Shown here one piece after another: positions 49,374 to 59,297 of a stretch of 64,000 bases of DNA. Source of the stretch: Bacteriovoracaceae bacterium (lineage in GTDB: Bacteria; Bdellovibrionota; Bacteriovoracia; Bacteriovoracales; Bacteriovoracaceae); NCBI GenBank assembly GCA_018649885.1, contig JABIHA010000113.1, positions 1 through 64,000 on the forward strand. Reading direction: 5' to 3'. Position 1 is the first letter of the stretch. Each line of letters starts with the position of its first letter. A program made the position numbers and the translations under genes. The notes beneath the pieces were generated by a model that saw only the letters and a list, made by a program, of their open reading frames with translations, was not told where the DNA came from and ran no database searches.

Positions 49374-49787
49374 TTATTCCTTTTCGATTGGCTCAGTGAC
49401 AAGGGCTATTTTAGAAATTCCAGATTTTTTTAGGTGGGCCATTAAATAAGCAATATTGCCATATTTTAGAGCATAATCAGCTCTTATAAAAAGGGTATCA
49501 ACACTTGATTTCTTAAATTTGTCTTTTACAAAATTAACTATTTCACCAAAAAGAACTTTATCTTTTCCAAGATAATATTCATTGGTTTTAGTTATAGAGA
49601 GTACAACTTGCTCAGCACTTAAATTAATAGAGTTAACTTTTTTGGTTCTTGGTAAATCAAGATTGATTCCACTAAACATCATTGGAGCAGTAACCATAAA
49701 TATAACGAGAAGAACTAACATAACATCCACTAGAGGTGTGACATTAATATCAGATACGTACTTCCCTGAACCTTTTCCCGATTGCAC
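49374..49787 (-). CDS. tolR: TolR/ExbD
   Basis: INVTPLVDVMLVLLVIFMVTAP, IRAD. Confidence 0.92.
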   Translation of the reverse strand: MQSGKGSGKYVSDINVTPLVDVMLVLLVIFMVTAPMMFSGINLDLPRTKKVNSINLSAEQVVLSITKTNEYYLGKDKVLFGEIVNFVKDKFKKSSVDTLFIRADYALKYGNIAYLMAHLKKSGISKIALVTEPIEKE

Positions 49788-50491
49788 TAATTCTCCTCAG
49801 AAATAAATGTCCTTTCAATCAAATTGAGAAGTTCTTGTTCAAAACTTTCCAATCTGGCAACCATCACTTGGTTTTGTTGACCAATGCTATTAAAAAACCA
49901 AACTGCAGGAATAGCTGCTGCAAGACCCATTGCTGTTGCTACAAGCGCCTCAGCAATACCTGGGGCCACACTTTCAAGAGAGCCTCCTCCCGCTGAAAGA
50001 CCAGTAAAAGAGTTTATAATTCCCCAAACAGTTCCAAATAAGCCGATAAACGGTGAAACAGATCCAATGGATGCAAGCGTTGAAAGAAGTGTGTCCATTT
50101 TTTCATGACAACGGATACTTCCTTTCTTAATTGCTCTTTTAATATTTTCAAGCCCATTTTTGCCGAAATGAACTGATACTTTTGATTTAAAATCACTTTG
50201 ACCAAGAGAGTCTTGCATTTTAACTAGCTCATCACAGCCTTCACTAAATATATTTCCACAAAAAGAGTAGGGAAGATTTTGTACTTCCCTAATTATTTCA
50301 TTCAAGTCCGTACTAGAATTGAACAAATCTAAAAATTCACCATTTGAAGCTTTCATTTTTCTCAAATATATTTTCTTCCGAAAAACGATAGTCCATGAAA
50401 GAATGCTCGCAACTATCAGCAGAATTAAAACGAACTTAACAACTGGGCCTGAGCTTAAAAGCAGATTAAATATGTCGATTTTTTCACTCAC
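49787..50491 (-). CDS. tolQ: TolQ/ExbB
   Basis: SPFIGLFGTVWGI, VAPGIAEALVATAMGL. Confidence 0.93.
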   Translation of the reverse strand: MSEKIDIFNLLLSSGPVVKFVLILLIVASILSWTIVFRKKIYLRKMKASNGEFLDLFNSSTDLNEIIREVQNLPYSFCGNIFSEGCDELVKMQDSLGQSDFKSKVSVHFGKNGLENIKRAIKKGSIRCHEKMDTLLSTLASIGSVSPFIGLFGTVWGIINSFTGLSAGGGSLESVAPGIAEALVATAMGLAAAIPAVWFFNSIGQQNQVMVARLESFEQELLNLIERTFISEEN

Positions 50492-50516
50492 ATAAACTCC
50501 TATATGATCAAACTTA

Positions 50517-51428
50517 TTATATATTATCTTTTGGGCCGGCCATGCCCGTCAACAGGCCAGCCATAGGTGCAGAGCGGAAACCAATATATACCCATATACA
50601 AACCCACAATATTGAGACCGCACTTGCAGTTGGAAAGTTAGGGGTGGCAAAAATAGCGTACTGATTTCCCCAGAGGGGATCTAACCCGTACAGGGGAGCT
50701 AAAGGCGCCATAACAAAGCTTAAATAAGTGAGTGCTCCTCCCCACTTTCCTTTATATGCCATACTAATAAAAACTACTGTTAACATGTGGAGAATCAAAA
50801 AGTAGTGCCCCGGTTTTTTGTAGGGAAATGTAATATATGAAAAAATACAAAAAGCGAGAAGAAAGATCACTGATGAAACCAATTGGTCTGTTCTTGAAAT
50901 AGGCTTGTAAATATAGCAGATGTAAAAAAATAAAAAACCATCACAAAAAAAGAAAATTAGATTTCCAACAAAAGAAGCTATTGTGAATTCAAAGTCAAAG
51001 CTCTCCGCAAAAGTAAAGCTCGCTCCTGATAGGTACCAAACAGCACAGTTTAAGAACAAAGGTACCACAAGGTAGCTAGGAATGAAGTTGCCCGCTCCCT
51101 CTTTTATAAATTTTTTCATGGGGTGAATTGAAAAGGTATTTATATTAATCCATTTCACAACCAAACAAAGGGAGACGATTTTACTTAGTCCAATCATCGA
51201 CCACCCATTTCGAATTGCCCAATCTTCGATTGTAGGAAAATTATGAGATAATAAGAAGTGAAAGAAAGCACCCACCGAAATGAGTAACAGATAAATTGAT
51301 AAAAAAATTAAAAGATATCCACCATAGAAAAGAGAAACCTTTGAAGCAGTGTAACTAAAGAGATCTATTCTCTTATGAAGGTGCCGATTCAATCTAATCC
51401 CCCGAGAGGAACTCCTGGTATTAGCCAT
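50517..51428 (-). CDS. Multi-pass membrane protein of unknown function (start uncertain)
   Basis: About eight hydrophobic segments; in operon upstream of tolQ. Confidence 0.7.
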   Translation of the reverse strand: MANTRSSSRGIRLNRHLHKRIDLFSYTASKVSLFYGGYLLIFLSIYLLLISVGAFFHFLLSHNFPTIEDWAIRNGWSMIGLSKIVSLCLVVKWININTFSIHPMKKFIKEGAGNFIPSYLVVPLFLNCAVWYLSGASFTFAESFDFEFTIASFVGNLIFFFCDGFLFFYICYIYKPISRTDQLVSSVIFLLAFCIFSYITFPYKKPGHYFLILHMLTVVFISMAYKGKWGGALTYLSFVMAPLAPLYGLDPLWGNQYAIFATPNFPTASAVSILWVCIWVYIGFRSAPMAGLLTGMAGPKDNI

Positions 51429-52315
51429 CTGATTTGTTGTTCGGGTGATGGATATATTTCGTTATACTTGCTATAGAGTGCATTAGTTCGAATTAACGTA
51501 TTGATTTTTTTTAGAAGACTTAAGTATGCGTTCCAGTACTTGGGATGTCCCTTTAAAATTAATTTAATTTTTTTGGTAATCTCAAACTGTTCTTGAAAAG
51601 TAAAACCTTTATTGAAGAAAACTTTATCGTAATTACTCAATGTTTTTTTAAAAGCATCTAGTTTTAATTCTTTCCCATAAAAATTCTTCCCTAGAATTTT
51701 ACTCAACTCAGGGTCTCTAACTTTTTTTACAACAATTCGGAGGTCAGACCGGTAAAAACTTTCTAGAACAAGAATTGATATCTCTAATTTTGTTAGATCC
51801 ATTACTTGAATAAAAGGAACCGAAATGAGTACTATATATTCACCACTACTCGCAGGTAGTGCAGCATGTGCAAGGGCAGGGGTGTTAAGTAGAAGTATCT
51901 TAAATTCTTTTTGATAAAGCCCAAGCGCTCTTAGAACTCCATTTAAATAGAGATCTAACCCATAATCGGGTTTCTGAAATTCCCACTTCAGCACACTTGC
52001 ATTTTTAACTATCCAGTACTCTGATAGAAAAGACCAAATATCATCTTCCTTGGGTAGATTATAGCGAGTTACATTTCTTTTAATTCTCTTCTTTCTGAGC
52101 TTATCCCCTTTAGATTTTTTTTTCTGAGCTTGTTTTTGTAGTTGATCCTCTTTAAGAATATCTTTTATCGAATTAAAATCTAATAAATCATTTTCTTTTT
52201 CTGCTTTGGTTTTTTTCTCGGGCTGACTTTTTTTAGCAGCACTAGACGGCCCAATTACTTGGCCTGAAAAAAGTGCTAAAAATAGCAGTGAAAATGCTAC
52301 CCTAAAACTTCTCAT
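51389..52315 (-). CDS. Exported protein, apparent catalytically dead M48-peptidase-like fold
   Basis: Signal peptide; AHAALPA..YIVLIS..LTKLEISILVLES and YPSPEQQI echo M48 motifs, but no HExxH. Confidence 0.65.
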   Translation of the reverse strand: MRSFRVAFSLLFLALFSGQVIGPSSAAKKSQPEKKTKAEKENDLLDFNSIKDILKEDQLQKQAQKKKSKGDKLRKKRIKRNVTRYNLPKEDDIWSFLSEYWIVKNASVLKWEFQKPDYGLDLYLNGVLRALGLYQKEFKILLLNTPALAHAALPASSGEYIVLISVPFIQVMDLTKLEISILVLESFYRSDLRIVVKKVRDPELSKILGKNFYGKELKLDAFKKTLSNYDKVFFNKGFTFQEQFEITKKIKLILKGHPKYWNAYLSLLKKINTLIRTNALYSKYNEIYPSPEQQIRWLIPGVPLGGLD

Positions 52316-52800
52316 GGCAGTTTGACCTTTCCAAAAACATAATTGTCATAAAGCTTTCCCCAAAAAAATAAATCATCTATTCCAAGTCCAAATTTTTGAA
52401 CAAAAATGGGGTATTTTTTTTCAAAGCAAGGTGGTCTTTTCGGCGATAGAAAATCTTGTCTAAGAAAGCCGTCTCTTCCACTGGCCTTAACTATATCCCA
52501 CTCCCCCCTTGATCTCCCCTCACTGGTAAAGACTTTAACAGGATGTCCACACCCCAGTGTAGTAATTCCCCTACTATATCTACTAGGGTTTTGGTGAAGG
52601 TGACCGTAGAAAGGCATAAAGTAATAAACACCTACAAGCTTCAATTTAGCAGATTTCTCATTTGAAGCCACATCCCGAGTGGATGCTCCCAGAGTGGATG
52701 CTCCTAGTGGAGCCGGGGCCATGAGAGAAATTAGTAGCACCATGTTAATAGTGCCTAGCTTAATAAGCAATTGGGGTAAATCTATCATCATAATTTCCAT
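52312..52800 (-). CDS. Exported hypothetical protein, possible SH3b-like domain (start uncertain)
   Basis: LHQNPS...TLGCGHPVKV...WDIVK...GFL pattern; LGAST duplicated. Confidence 0.6.
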   Translation of the reverse strand: MEIMMIDLPQLLIKLGTINMVLLISLMAPAPLGASTLGASTRDVASNEKSAKLKLVGVYYFMPFYGHLHQNPSRYSRGITTLGCGHPVKVFTSEGRSRGEWDIVKASGRDGFLRQDFLSPKRPPCFEKKYPIFVQKFGLGIDDLFFWGKLYDNYVFGKVKLP

Positions 52801-54026
52801 CTAAAATGGATCGTTTCCCACTCTCTACATTGAGGGCATCTCCAAAAAAGATTATCTGAGTTATATCCACACTGTTTACAAAAATACCGTGTTAAAGAAG
52901 ATTGCATACTGTCCAGGAGGCCAACAACTTGCTCACAAGCTTGGTCTTTCTTCCCTGTCTCTATTAATAATTTCACATATTCTGTCTTAACTACTTGCGA
53001 ATGAATTTGATGATTTTTTATCCAATCATCCAAAATACAATAGGCCTTGTCGATTTCCCCACCTTGCTTTAACAATCTAATTTTAGTGAGGATAACTGAT
53101 GGACTATCTAGTAAATCTTTATCATCTAAGTTAAGGAAGTATTCCTGGAGTAGCTTAATTCTTTTTCTATAGTCACCTACTTGAGTCTCATCTCCCTGAA
53201 AACTTGAATTAAATGATTCAAAAACAAATGACGTATACATTGGATGCTCTTTTAAAAGCTCCAGTAGTGAAATTTTTGCTTCTTCTAAATTCCCAATGGC
53301 AAGATAGTGCTTCAGTCTTAATATCTTTGCTGAAACAGATGGAGCAAACCTAAAAGCATCTTCAAGATCTTCGAATGAATGTCTAAAATTGCCTTGTTCA
53401 AAGTATTGCTTTGATTTTTGTACAAGTATGTGTGAAATAGTCTCTGCTTGATTTTCTCTTCCAACTTTTGAAAGCATAATTCTGTACTGGTAAGCCTGGT
53501 CCCAATCCTCGATATCTTCATAAATTCTACATAGAGACCGAATAACTTCATCTTGATCACGATTAATTTTCAAAACATCTTTATAGGTTTCGATGGCCTT
53601 GTCTATAAAGCCACCCTTATCAAAATCAACTGCTAATTCCCTTAAAGCATTTAGCCTAGTCGATTCAGAGATGTTGTCTCTTGCAATAAGAGAGCGGTGG
53701 ATACTTATGGCCTTTTCAATTTCCCCATTACTTCGAAACAATCCTCCCAGCGCAAAATAGGTTTCCATTGTTTCCCGGTTGAGGTCGACTGCATTGAGAA
53801 ATTCTTTAATCGCAAGATCTTTATTTCCTGAAATGAGGTATTGTGTGGCATTTAAAAAGATCTTACTTTGCGCCTCGAATATAGAGTTTCGATACTTCTT
53901 AGAGAGTTTTACCCCGTGATCTTTTTCAATAAGGTAGAGATAGATCAACACAACTGTAATACAAACAGCTATAATCGCCAGCATGTGGTGCTGAAACCAT
54001 ATAAGATTAAAATCCGTTAAACTCAC
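52788..54026 (-). CDS. lapB: LapB/YciM-like TPR protein with rubredoxin motif
   Basis: N-terminal TM, ALGGLFRSNGEIEKAISIH TPR, C-terminal CKQCG...WRCPQC. Confidence 0.82.
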   Translation of the reverse strand: MSLTDFNLIWFQHHMLAIIAVCITVVLIYLYLIEKDHGVKLSKKYRNSIFEAQSKIFLNATQYLISGNKDLAIKEFLNAVDLNRETMETYFALGGLFRSNGEIEKAISIHRSLIARDNISESTRLNALRELAVDFDKGGFIDKAIETYKDVLKINRDQDEVIRSLCRIYEDIEDWDQAYQYRIMLSKVGRENQAETISHILVQKSKQYFEQGNFRHSFEDLEDAFRFAPSVSAKILRLKHYLAIGNLEEAKISLLELLKEHPMYTSFVFESFNSSFQGDETQVGDYRKRIKLLQEYFLNLDDKDLLDSPSVILTKIRLLKQGGEIDKAYCILDDWIKNHQIHSQVVKTEYVKLLIETGKKDQACEQVVGLLDSMQSSLTRYFCKQCGYNSDNLFWRCPQCREWETIHFRWKL

Positions 54027-54030
54027 TGTG

Positions 54031-54975
54031 CTAACCTGATATCTTGTTATTCATCATCATGTACATTGGCATAAAGGAATTGTGCGATCCAAATTTAATC
54101 CCCTCTACAATTCCTTCAACATCATCCACTAAATCTCTTAAAGAGAAGGGCCTTTTCTCTTTGATATACTTGAATTTAAAATCACCTTTTAAATTCATCT
54201 CAGAAAATATCGCTCTACCTGCAGTCCAAAGGCTCGCAATCTCGTCAACGAGTCCAAGTTCTTTTGCAACTGTTCCAGAGAAAATTTGTCCTTGAGCATG
54301 ATCGTCGATGTTTCCCTTAATCTTCGATTTTCTTCTCGCCATAATATGATTTTTAAATTGGTCGTGAACTCCTGAAAGCATATTTTTCATGTATAACTTT
54401 TCTTCCTTAGTCATTTTACGATGAGGAGAGCCGATATCTTTATAGAGACCTGATTTAATTATTCCTGGTTTAACTTTTGCAAATTCATATAACTTAGATA
54501 GATCCATAAAGTGCATAATTACACCTATGGAGCCCGTCAAAGTACCGGCATTTGCATATATTTTTCTGCAGGCAGCGCCAATATAGTAACCACCACTAGC
54601 AGCGATAGAACCAAAACTTGCATAGACTGGTTTTTCTTTATCAATACGAATAATTTCATCATAAATTTCTTGAGTCGGGCCAACAGATCCACCAGGAGAT
54701 TCAACTCTCAAGATAATGGCCTTTACTGATTTGTCTTTCTCAGCTCTTAGTAAATTTTCTATCACTTTTTTAGATTCGAAAATAACACCTTTTACTTCGA
54801 CTACACCAATTACGTCACCGCCACTTTTTCCCCAACTGACATTACCTTCACCACTTTCTTTAAGACTAGAAAGAGTAAAGTGCGCAAATAACAAAAGTAG
54901 CGCAAAGAAAAAAATGATAAGGAAAAAAACCAATATGAGCCCCTTCCCCTGCTTATTTTGGGCCGCATTCGACAC
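54031..54975 (-). CDS. sppA: Signal peptide peptidase SppA (S49)
   Basis: SPGGS, AASGGYY, TGSIGV, GLYKD, GLVD. Confidence 0.93.
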   Translation of the reverse strand: MSNAAQNKQGKGLILVFFLIIFFFALLLLFAHFTLSSLKESGEGNVSWGKSGGDVIGVVEVKGVIFESKKVIENLLRAEKDKSVKAIILRVESPGGSVGPTQEIYDEIIRIDKEKPVYASFGSIAASGGYYIGAACRKIYANAGTLTGSIGVIMHFMDLSKLYEFAKVKPGIIKSGLYKDIGSPHRKMTKEEKLYMKNMLSGVHDQFKNHIMARRKSKIKGNIDDHAQGQIFSGTVAKELGLVDEIASLWTAGRAIFSEMNLKGDFKFKYIKEKRPFSLRDLVDDVEGIVEGIKFGSHNSFMPMYMMMNNKISG

Positions 54976-55144
54976 AACATCCTCCAGTTAAAGCACTCTA
55001 GATAGCTAACCAATTTTTAGATAGATAGAGTGCAAATAAATATAGTTTAATCAATTCCCCATGCTTGGTCCACATGCCAGATGCAGCTAAATATCTAATT
55101 TCCCACTGTGCTCAGAAGCTTCAGGGAAAATGTGCATCTTTCCT

Positions 55145-55171
55145 TAAAGCACCGTGTTAAAATGACGATAG
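55145..55171 (+). promoter_or_regulatory. Sigma28-like promoter
   Basis: TAAA-N15-GACGATAG, ~60 nt upstream of 55233. Confidence 0.5.
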
Positions 55172-55232
55172 GACTTAGGTAGGGTTTTATTAAAACATAC
55201 GGGACCTCGAATATCTTACTAGGAGATAAAAA

Positions 55233-55493
55233 ATGGGAAAGAAATTACTTCTAGCAGCACTTTTGGTGGTCTTTTCACTTCCTGCAATGGCCGTAAATGG
55301 CGGAGACGAACGTTTCGAATCAGCTTCTAGAGATGCCCTTTGGTATAGCGTAGAGCAAGATGAAGAAAACCGGCTACCTGCCAGTTACAACGACATGACA
55401 GAGGAAAAGGCACAGGAGAACTTCCAGAAAAAGCATCAACAAAGAAAAGTTGAGTACTGGAATCACGAAACTAAAAGATCGCATGCACCTTGA
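55233..55493 (+). CDS. Small secreted protein
   Basis: AGGAG RBS; signal peptide ending AMA; RLPAS motif. Confidence 0.8.
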   Translation: MGKKLLLAALLVVFSLPAMAVNGGDERFESASRDALWYSVEQDEENRLPASYNDMTEEKAQENFQKKHQQRKVEYWNHETKRSHAP

Positions 55494-55502
55494 AAATTTT
55501 TA

Positions 55503-56588
55503 TTAAGATTCAATACTTGAAAAGCCGGGTAATTTACTCGGCTTTTTTGTGGCCAGAGATTTCAATTGACCACATGCTGCCAAAATATCATCTCCCTTAG
55601 TCACTCTCACTGTCGCTACAAGCCCTCTTTTATTCAATGATTCACAAAACCACTCTACTAGGGCGTCCGCCGGTTTCTTAAATCGACTTCCAGGAAATTC
55701 ATTAAAAGGAATGATATTAACCTTAGACTCTTTCTTGTTTAATAAGCTAACAAGGGCCCTAATATCTTCTTCGCTGTCGTTGAGATCTCTAATTAAAATA
55801 TATTCGTAAGTAATTCTTCTAAAGGCCTTTAGTGGAATTTTTTCAATGGCCTGGAATAGACGCTTTATATCGTAAGCCCGGTTTAAAGGCATAAGCTCAG
55901 AGCGCACTTCATCGTTTGCGGAATGAAGTGAAATAGCAATATTCACTGGTGGGAATTCATCTAATTTTTCAATTTGGGGAACTAGGCCTGAAGTTGAAAG
56001 GGTAATTCTTCTTTGACCCAGGCCCAGGCCTTTGGGGTCGAGAAAAATCTTAGTGGCCATCTTCATATTTTCAAAATTATGGAGTGGCTCTCCCATTCCC
56101 ATATATACAATATTCGATATTTTACTCTCACTACCTTCATCATCTTTTAACCATGAGCTTGCCAAAAGAAATTGCAAAACAACCTCATGTGTAGACAAAT
56201 TGCGAGTTAAACCTTGAGTCCCTGTGTGACAAAAAGTGCAGCCAATAGCGCACCCAACTTGAGAAGAAAGACAAAGTGTTCTTCGCTTTAAGGAACTGAT
56301 TATCACCATCTCTACTTGGTGGCCGTCTTTGAATCCAATTAAAAACTTTGTGGTCCCATCTTTTGAAGTGGAGTTCCAAACAATTTTTGGAATAGAAAAT
56401 GAAAACTCAGATTTTAGTTTTTCTCGATTCGTGAGAGAAATATTACTCCACTGATCAATATCAAAGATTCTTTTACAATAGATCCAATCAAAAATTTGAT
56501 TTACAAGATAACTAGGCATACCCATTTTTTTGAGTCTTTGACTTAGGGACTCAGAGTCGTAGTCTAGAATGTGGTCAATGAGCGACAC
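55503..56588 (-). CDS. rlmN: Dual-specificity RNA methyltransferase RlmN
   Basis: SSQVGCAIGCTFCHTG radical-SAM motif, MGMGEP, AACGQL. Confidence 0.96.
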   Translation of the reverse strand: MSLIDHILDYDSESLSQRLKKMGMPSYLVNQIFDWIYCKRIFDIDQWSNISLTNREKLKSEFSFSIPKIVWNSTSKDGTTKFLIGFKDGHQVEMVIISSLKRRTLCLSSQVGCAIGCTFCHTGTQGLTRNLSTHEVVLQFLLASSWLKDDEGSESKISNIVYMGMGEPLHNFENMKMATKIFLDPKGLGLGQRRITLSTSGLVPQIEKLDEFPPVNIAISLHSANDEVRSELMPLNRAYDIKRLFQAIEKIPLKAFRRITYEYILIRDLNDSEEDIRALVSLLNKKESKVNIIPFNEFPGSRFKKPADALVEWFCESLNKRGLVATVRVTKGDDILAACGQLKSLATKKPSKLPGFSSIES

Positions 56589-56646
56589 GGGGCAGTATTC
56601 CTTTTTTTGGTATCTACCCCATACCTACAAAGAGTGTGGCCCTTTA

Positions 56647-57099
56647 TCAACTATCTTTGAAAATTCTACCAAAAAAAGAAGAATTAGTGCCCTTATTCTT
56701 GTTGGTTTCAATCATATGCCCAGCTAGAAGGCTTTTCTTAAAACCGGCAATATCAAAAACTTGCTCAACCATTTGGTTGTAGTCAAAAACAGAATGAAAA
56801 TAGACCTGAGGGGAGCCAATTTTCTCACCAAGAGATAACCCAAAACGATGTAAATCAGAAATGTTCTGAAAAGGTCCAATTCCCAAATGATCATCAGATT
56901 CTTTCATAAAAACTGATTGGTATTGAAGTTTTAAATCATTCCAACTGAGATCCTCTTGATCAGAAAAAAAATAGGTGATCCTATAATGTTTTTCACCTTG
57001 TAGATCGAGAACAGAGCTTTCATCTGCTACTTCTTCCTCACCAACTGCAGGGTTGGCATAGTCGTATATCAAAAAAAGCGGATAGGCATTTTTCATCAT
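56647..57099 (-). CDS. Hypothetical protein
   Basis: 150-aa ORF co-oriented in operon; AGGA RBS. Confidence 0.7.
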   Translation of the reverse strand: MMKNAYPLFLIYDYANPAVGEEEVADESSVLDLQGEKHYRITYFFSDQEDLSWNDLKLQYQSVFMKESDDHLGIGPFQNISDLHRFGLSLGEKIGSPQVYFHSVFDYNQMVEQVFDIAGFKKSLLAGHMIETNKNKGTNSSFFGRIFKDS

Positions 57100-57109
57100 T
57101 TCATCCTAT

Positions 57110-58849
57110 TCATTCGAAGTGACCAAAATCCAGCGAAACTGAACCACCTGGCAATAATTCTAGATCAACGCCTATAGGGGTTGATTTCACTGAGGCATTC
57201 TCTTTTTCACTTATTTTTAAAAAGGCAAAGTTTTTAGAGCCAACAACTTTTGCCTTTCTTTTATAGCTAGAAGGATTAAAAAAGCTTACCCTTCTCACCT
57301 CCTCATAAGTTAATTCAATATTACTTGGAGAACGTCTTAACCAAAGGAAGTTAATATCTTTATCATGTTCAATTTTAAGATGAGATAAATCTGCATAATT
57401 TAAAAGTTTATTCCAAAAAGCATCTTTTTTCCCAGACGCAGAGTTGGAGAGCTCATTGCCATCAAAGTAAACGAGTGATCCCTCACCAAGTTTACATAAA
57501 ACTAGACTACTAATAAGCTTTACTTCCTGTGTATCAATATCATTTTCAATGATAAAAGCATTAAGCCTCTTTATAAGAGAAGGATCTAGTGAATCAGTAT
57601 CAAAAACGACTCTTTCTCCATTAAGAAAAATTCTTAAAACTTTTTCAAATGATTTTCTAGACATTCCAAGGCCATGGAAAAAATATATTTTTTTGTGGCC
57701 AATGCATTCATCAATATCTAATTCTTGTAGATCTTTTAAAATATAAGTACCATGGTATGAACAAGATAAAAAATTCGCTAGGCCATTATTTTTCCAACAA
57801 AGACCTTCTTTTAGCCCAGTCTCATTTCGAAAAAGCTCAAATAGCCACAGTGGAAAAAAGGTGGTTGGTGTAAAATCATCGAATAACTCGCCATTCAAAT
57901 TTTGATAGAAAAAGCTCTTACTAAGTAGATGTTCAAAAGCCTTATTCAAGACACCATTTTTAATTTTACCATCTAAAAGTACGCTGGTAGGAGATACTCC
58001 CAAGGTTATTGACTCCGTCACTTCCTTAAAGTATCGCCCCACATCTTCCTTTCTTTCAGATGACCGTAAAAAGATGTCGTATGGTCTTGCCCCTAAAAAG
58101 GCGAATTTCAAAACCCCTACCCAACTTGAATTCAAACACTCTTTAGCTGAATTATGGTAAAGATCTTTTATCATTTTTTTATATTGATTTTTATATTGAT
58201 TTTCTACATCAGGAGTAATCGCAACGTCTCCAAACTGCTTTCTTTTCTCATCAATTTTAAGCCCTAAAAATTTACTAAATCCCTTCATAAAGGAACGTGA
58301 TGAATCAGAAAAATAATCTTGGTACTCGCCCGACTCAAGGTAGCCTGACTCCATTCCAATAATATCAGCATCAACTCCATTGCTTGATAGGTACTGTCCA
58401 AGAGACCAAACAAAACTTCTAAAAACTTTGTAGAGTTTTGTATCAAAGAATGAATAAAGCTTTAATATACTGCCATCACTGTCAATAACAGAATAGACAA
58501 GCCCATTACTAGCACAAGCGAGACTACTGGCAAGTGCTGGTGCAATTCCTCCATTAACAAGAAATGGACATGGTCCGAGCGGTACTAAAAAGCACACTTC
58601 TTTTCCCATCTCTTTTGCTAGAAAATATATTTTCTTAAGATCGGTCTCAGGTCTTTTTTCACCAAAGTCAAAACCACCTTCTTCATTAAGGTGAAATCCC
58701 CAGTTGATTGGCACAAATAGTGGAACATTTCTATCGTATGAAGAAATCTTGTTCTCCCACAAAGAATAAGAGGTTTTCCAATAAAAAAACCAGTTTTCCC
58801 CAGGAAGGGATGGATCACATTTACGGTCTGTTGAACTTAATTGTCCCAA
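57110..58849 (-). CDS. Divergent GH35/GH42-like glycoside hydrolase-fold protein
   Basis: VPINWGFH..EGGFDFG...DL..LGP...GG resembles the GH35 N-terminus. Confidence 0.55.
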   Translation of the reverse strand: MGQLSSTDRKCDPSLPGENWFFYWKTSYSLWENKISSYDRNVPLFVPINWGFHLNEEGGFDFGEKRPETDLKKIYFLAKEMGKEVCFLVPLGPCPFLVNGGIAPALASSLACASNGLVYSVIDSDGSILKLYSFFDTKLYKVFRSFVWSLGQYLSSNGVDADIIGMESGYLESGEYQDYFSDSSRSFMKGFSKFLGLKIDEKRKQFGDVAITPDVENQYKNQYKKMIKDLYHNSAKECLNSSWVGVLKFAFLGARPYDIFLRSSERKEDVGRYFKEVTESITLGVSPTSVLLDGKIKNGVLNKAFEHLLSKSFFYQNLNGELFDDFTPTTFFPLWLFELFRNETGLKEGLCWKNNGLANFLSCSYHGTYILKDLQELDIDECIGHKKIYFFHGLGMSRKSFEKVLRIFLNGERVVFDTDSLDPSLIKRLNAFIIENDIDTQEVKLISSLVLCKLGEGSLVYFDGNELSNSASGKKDAFWNKLLNYADLSHLKIEHDKDINFLWLRRSPSNIELTYEEVRRVSFFNPSSYKRKAKVVGSKNFAFLKISEKENASVKSTPIGVDLELLPGGSVSLDFGHFE

Positions 58850-58867
58850 GCTATTTATCCTTGTCTT

Positions 58868-59221
58868 CTAATCAGCTAAGTTTTCGGGAAGAACAAAATG
58901 CCCATCCGAATCCCTTTCAAAAGGGAATGTTTTCTCTACCGCACTGATATTTAATGGACCCATAATATGCGGAAACTCAGTGGTGGCCAGAGGTGTTTCA
59001 TAGGGAACACGGTACTCAACCGGTGAGGTCAGGTTCACAGTATTTATTCTTAAAATAATTAAATCTTGTGCATCCTTTAGAATCGTATTGGCCACGGTCA
59101 ATATTTGATCCGGTAATGCACACCCAATGAATCCCATTTTTTGGAATATTACCGGCTTGTAGTCCGTACCTTGAAGTGAATTATTATACTCAACCTTAGC
59201 TGCAATGTGGTAAATTTTCAT
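58868..59221 (-). CDS. DUF952-family protein
   Basis: IYHI, GFI.C, FPHIMGPLNISAV. Confidence 0.85.
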   Translation of the reverse strand: MKIYHIAAKVEYNNSLQGTDYKPVIFQKMGFIGCALPDQILTVANTILKDAQDLIILRINTVNLTSPVEYRVPYETPLATTEFPHIMGPLNISAVEKTFPFERDSDGHFVLPENLAD

Positions 59222-59297
59222 CTCACCTATTTCCTTGTATTAGAATTATAATGACAAATAATGATAAATCCATTTTTAGTAAAAAAGGCAGGGGAAG

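Noticed and set aside
52677..52706. 15-bp tandem duplication (LGAST x2)
   Set aside because: In-frame, two copies only, in a low-complexity linker.
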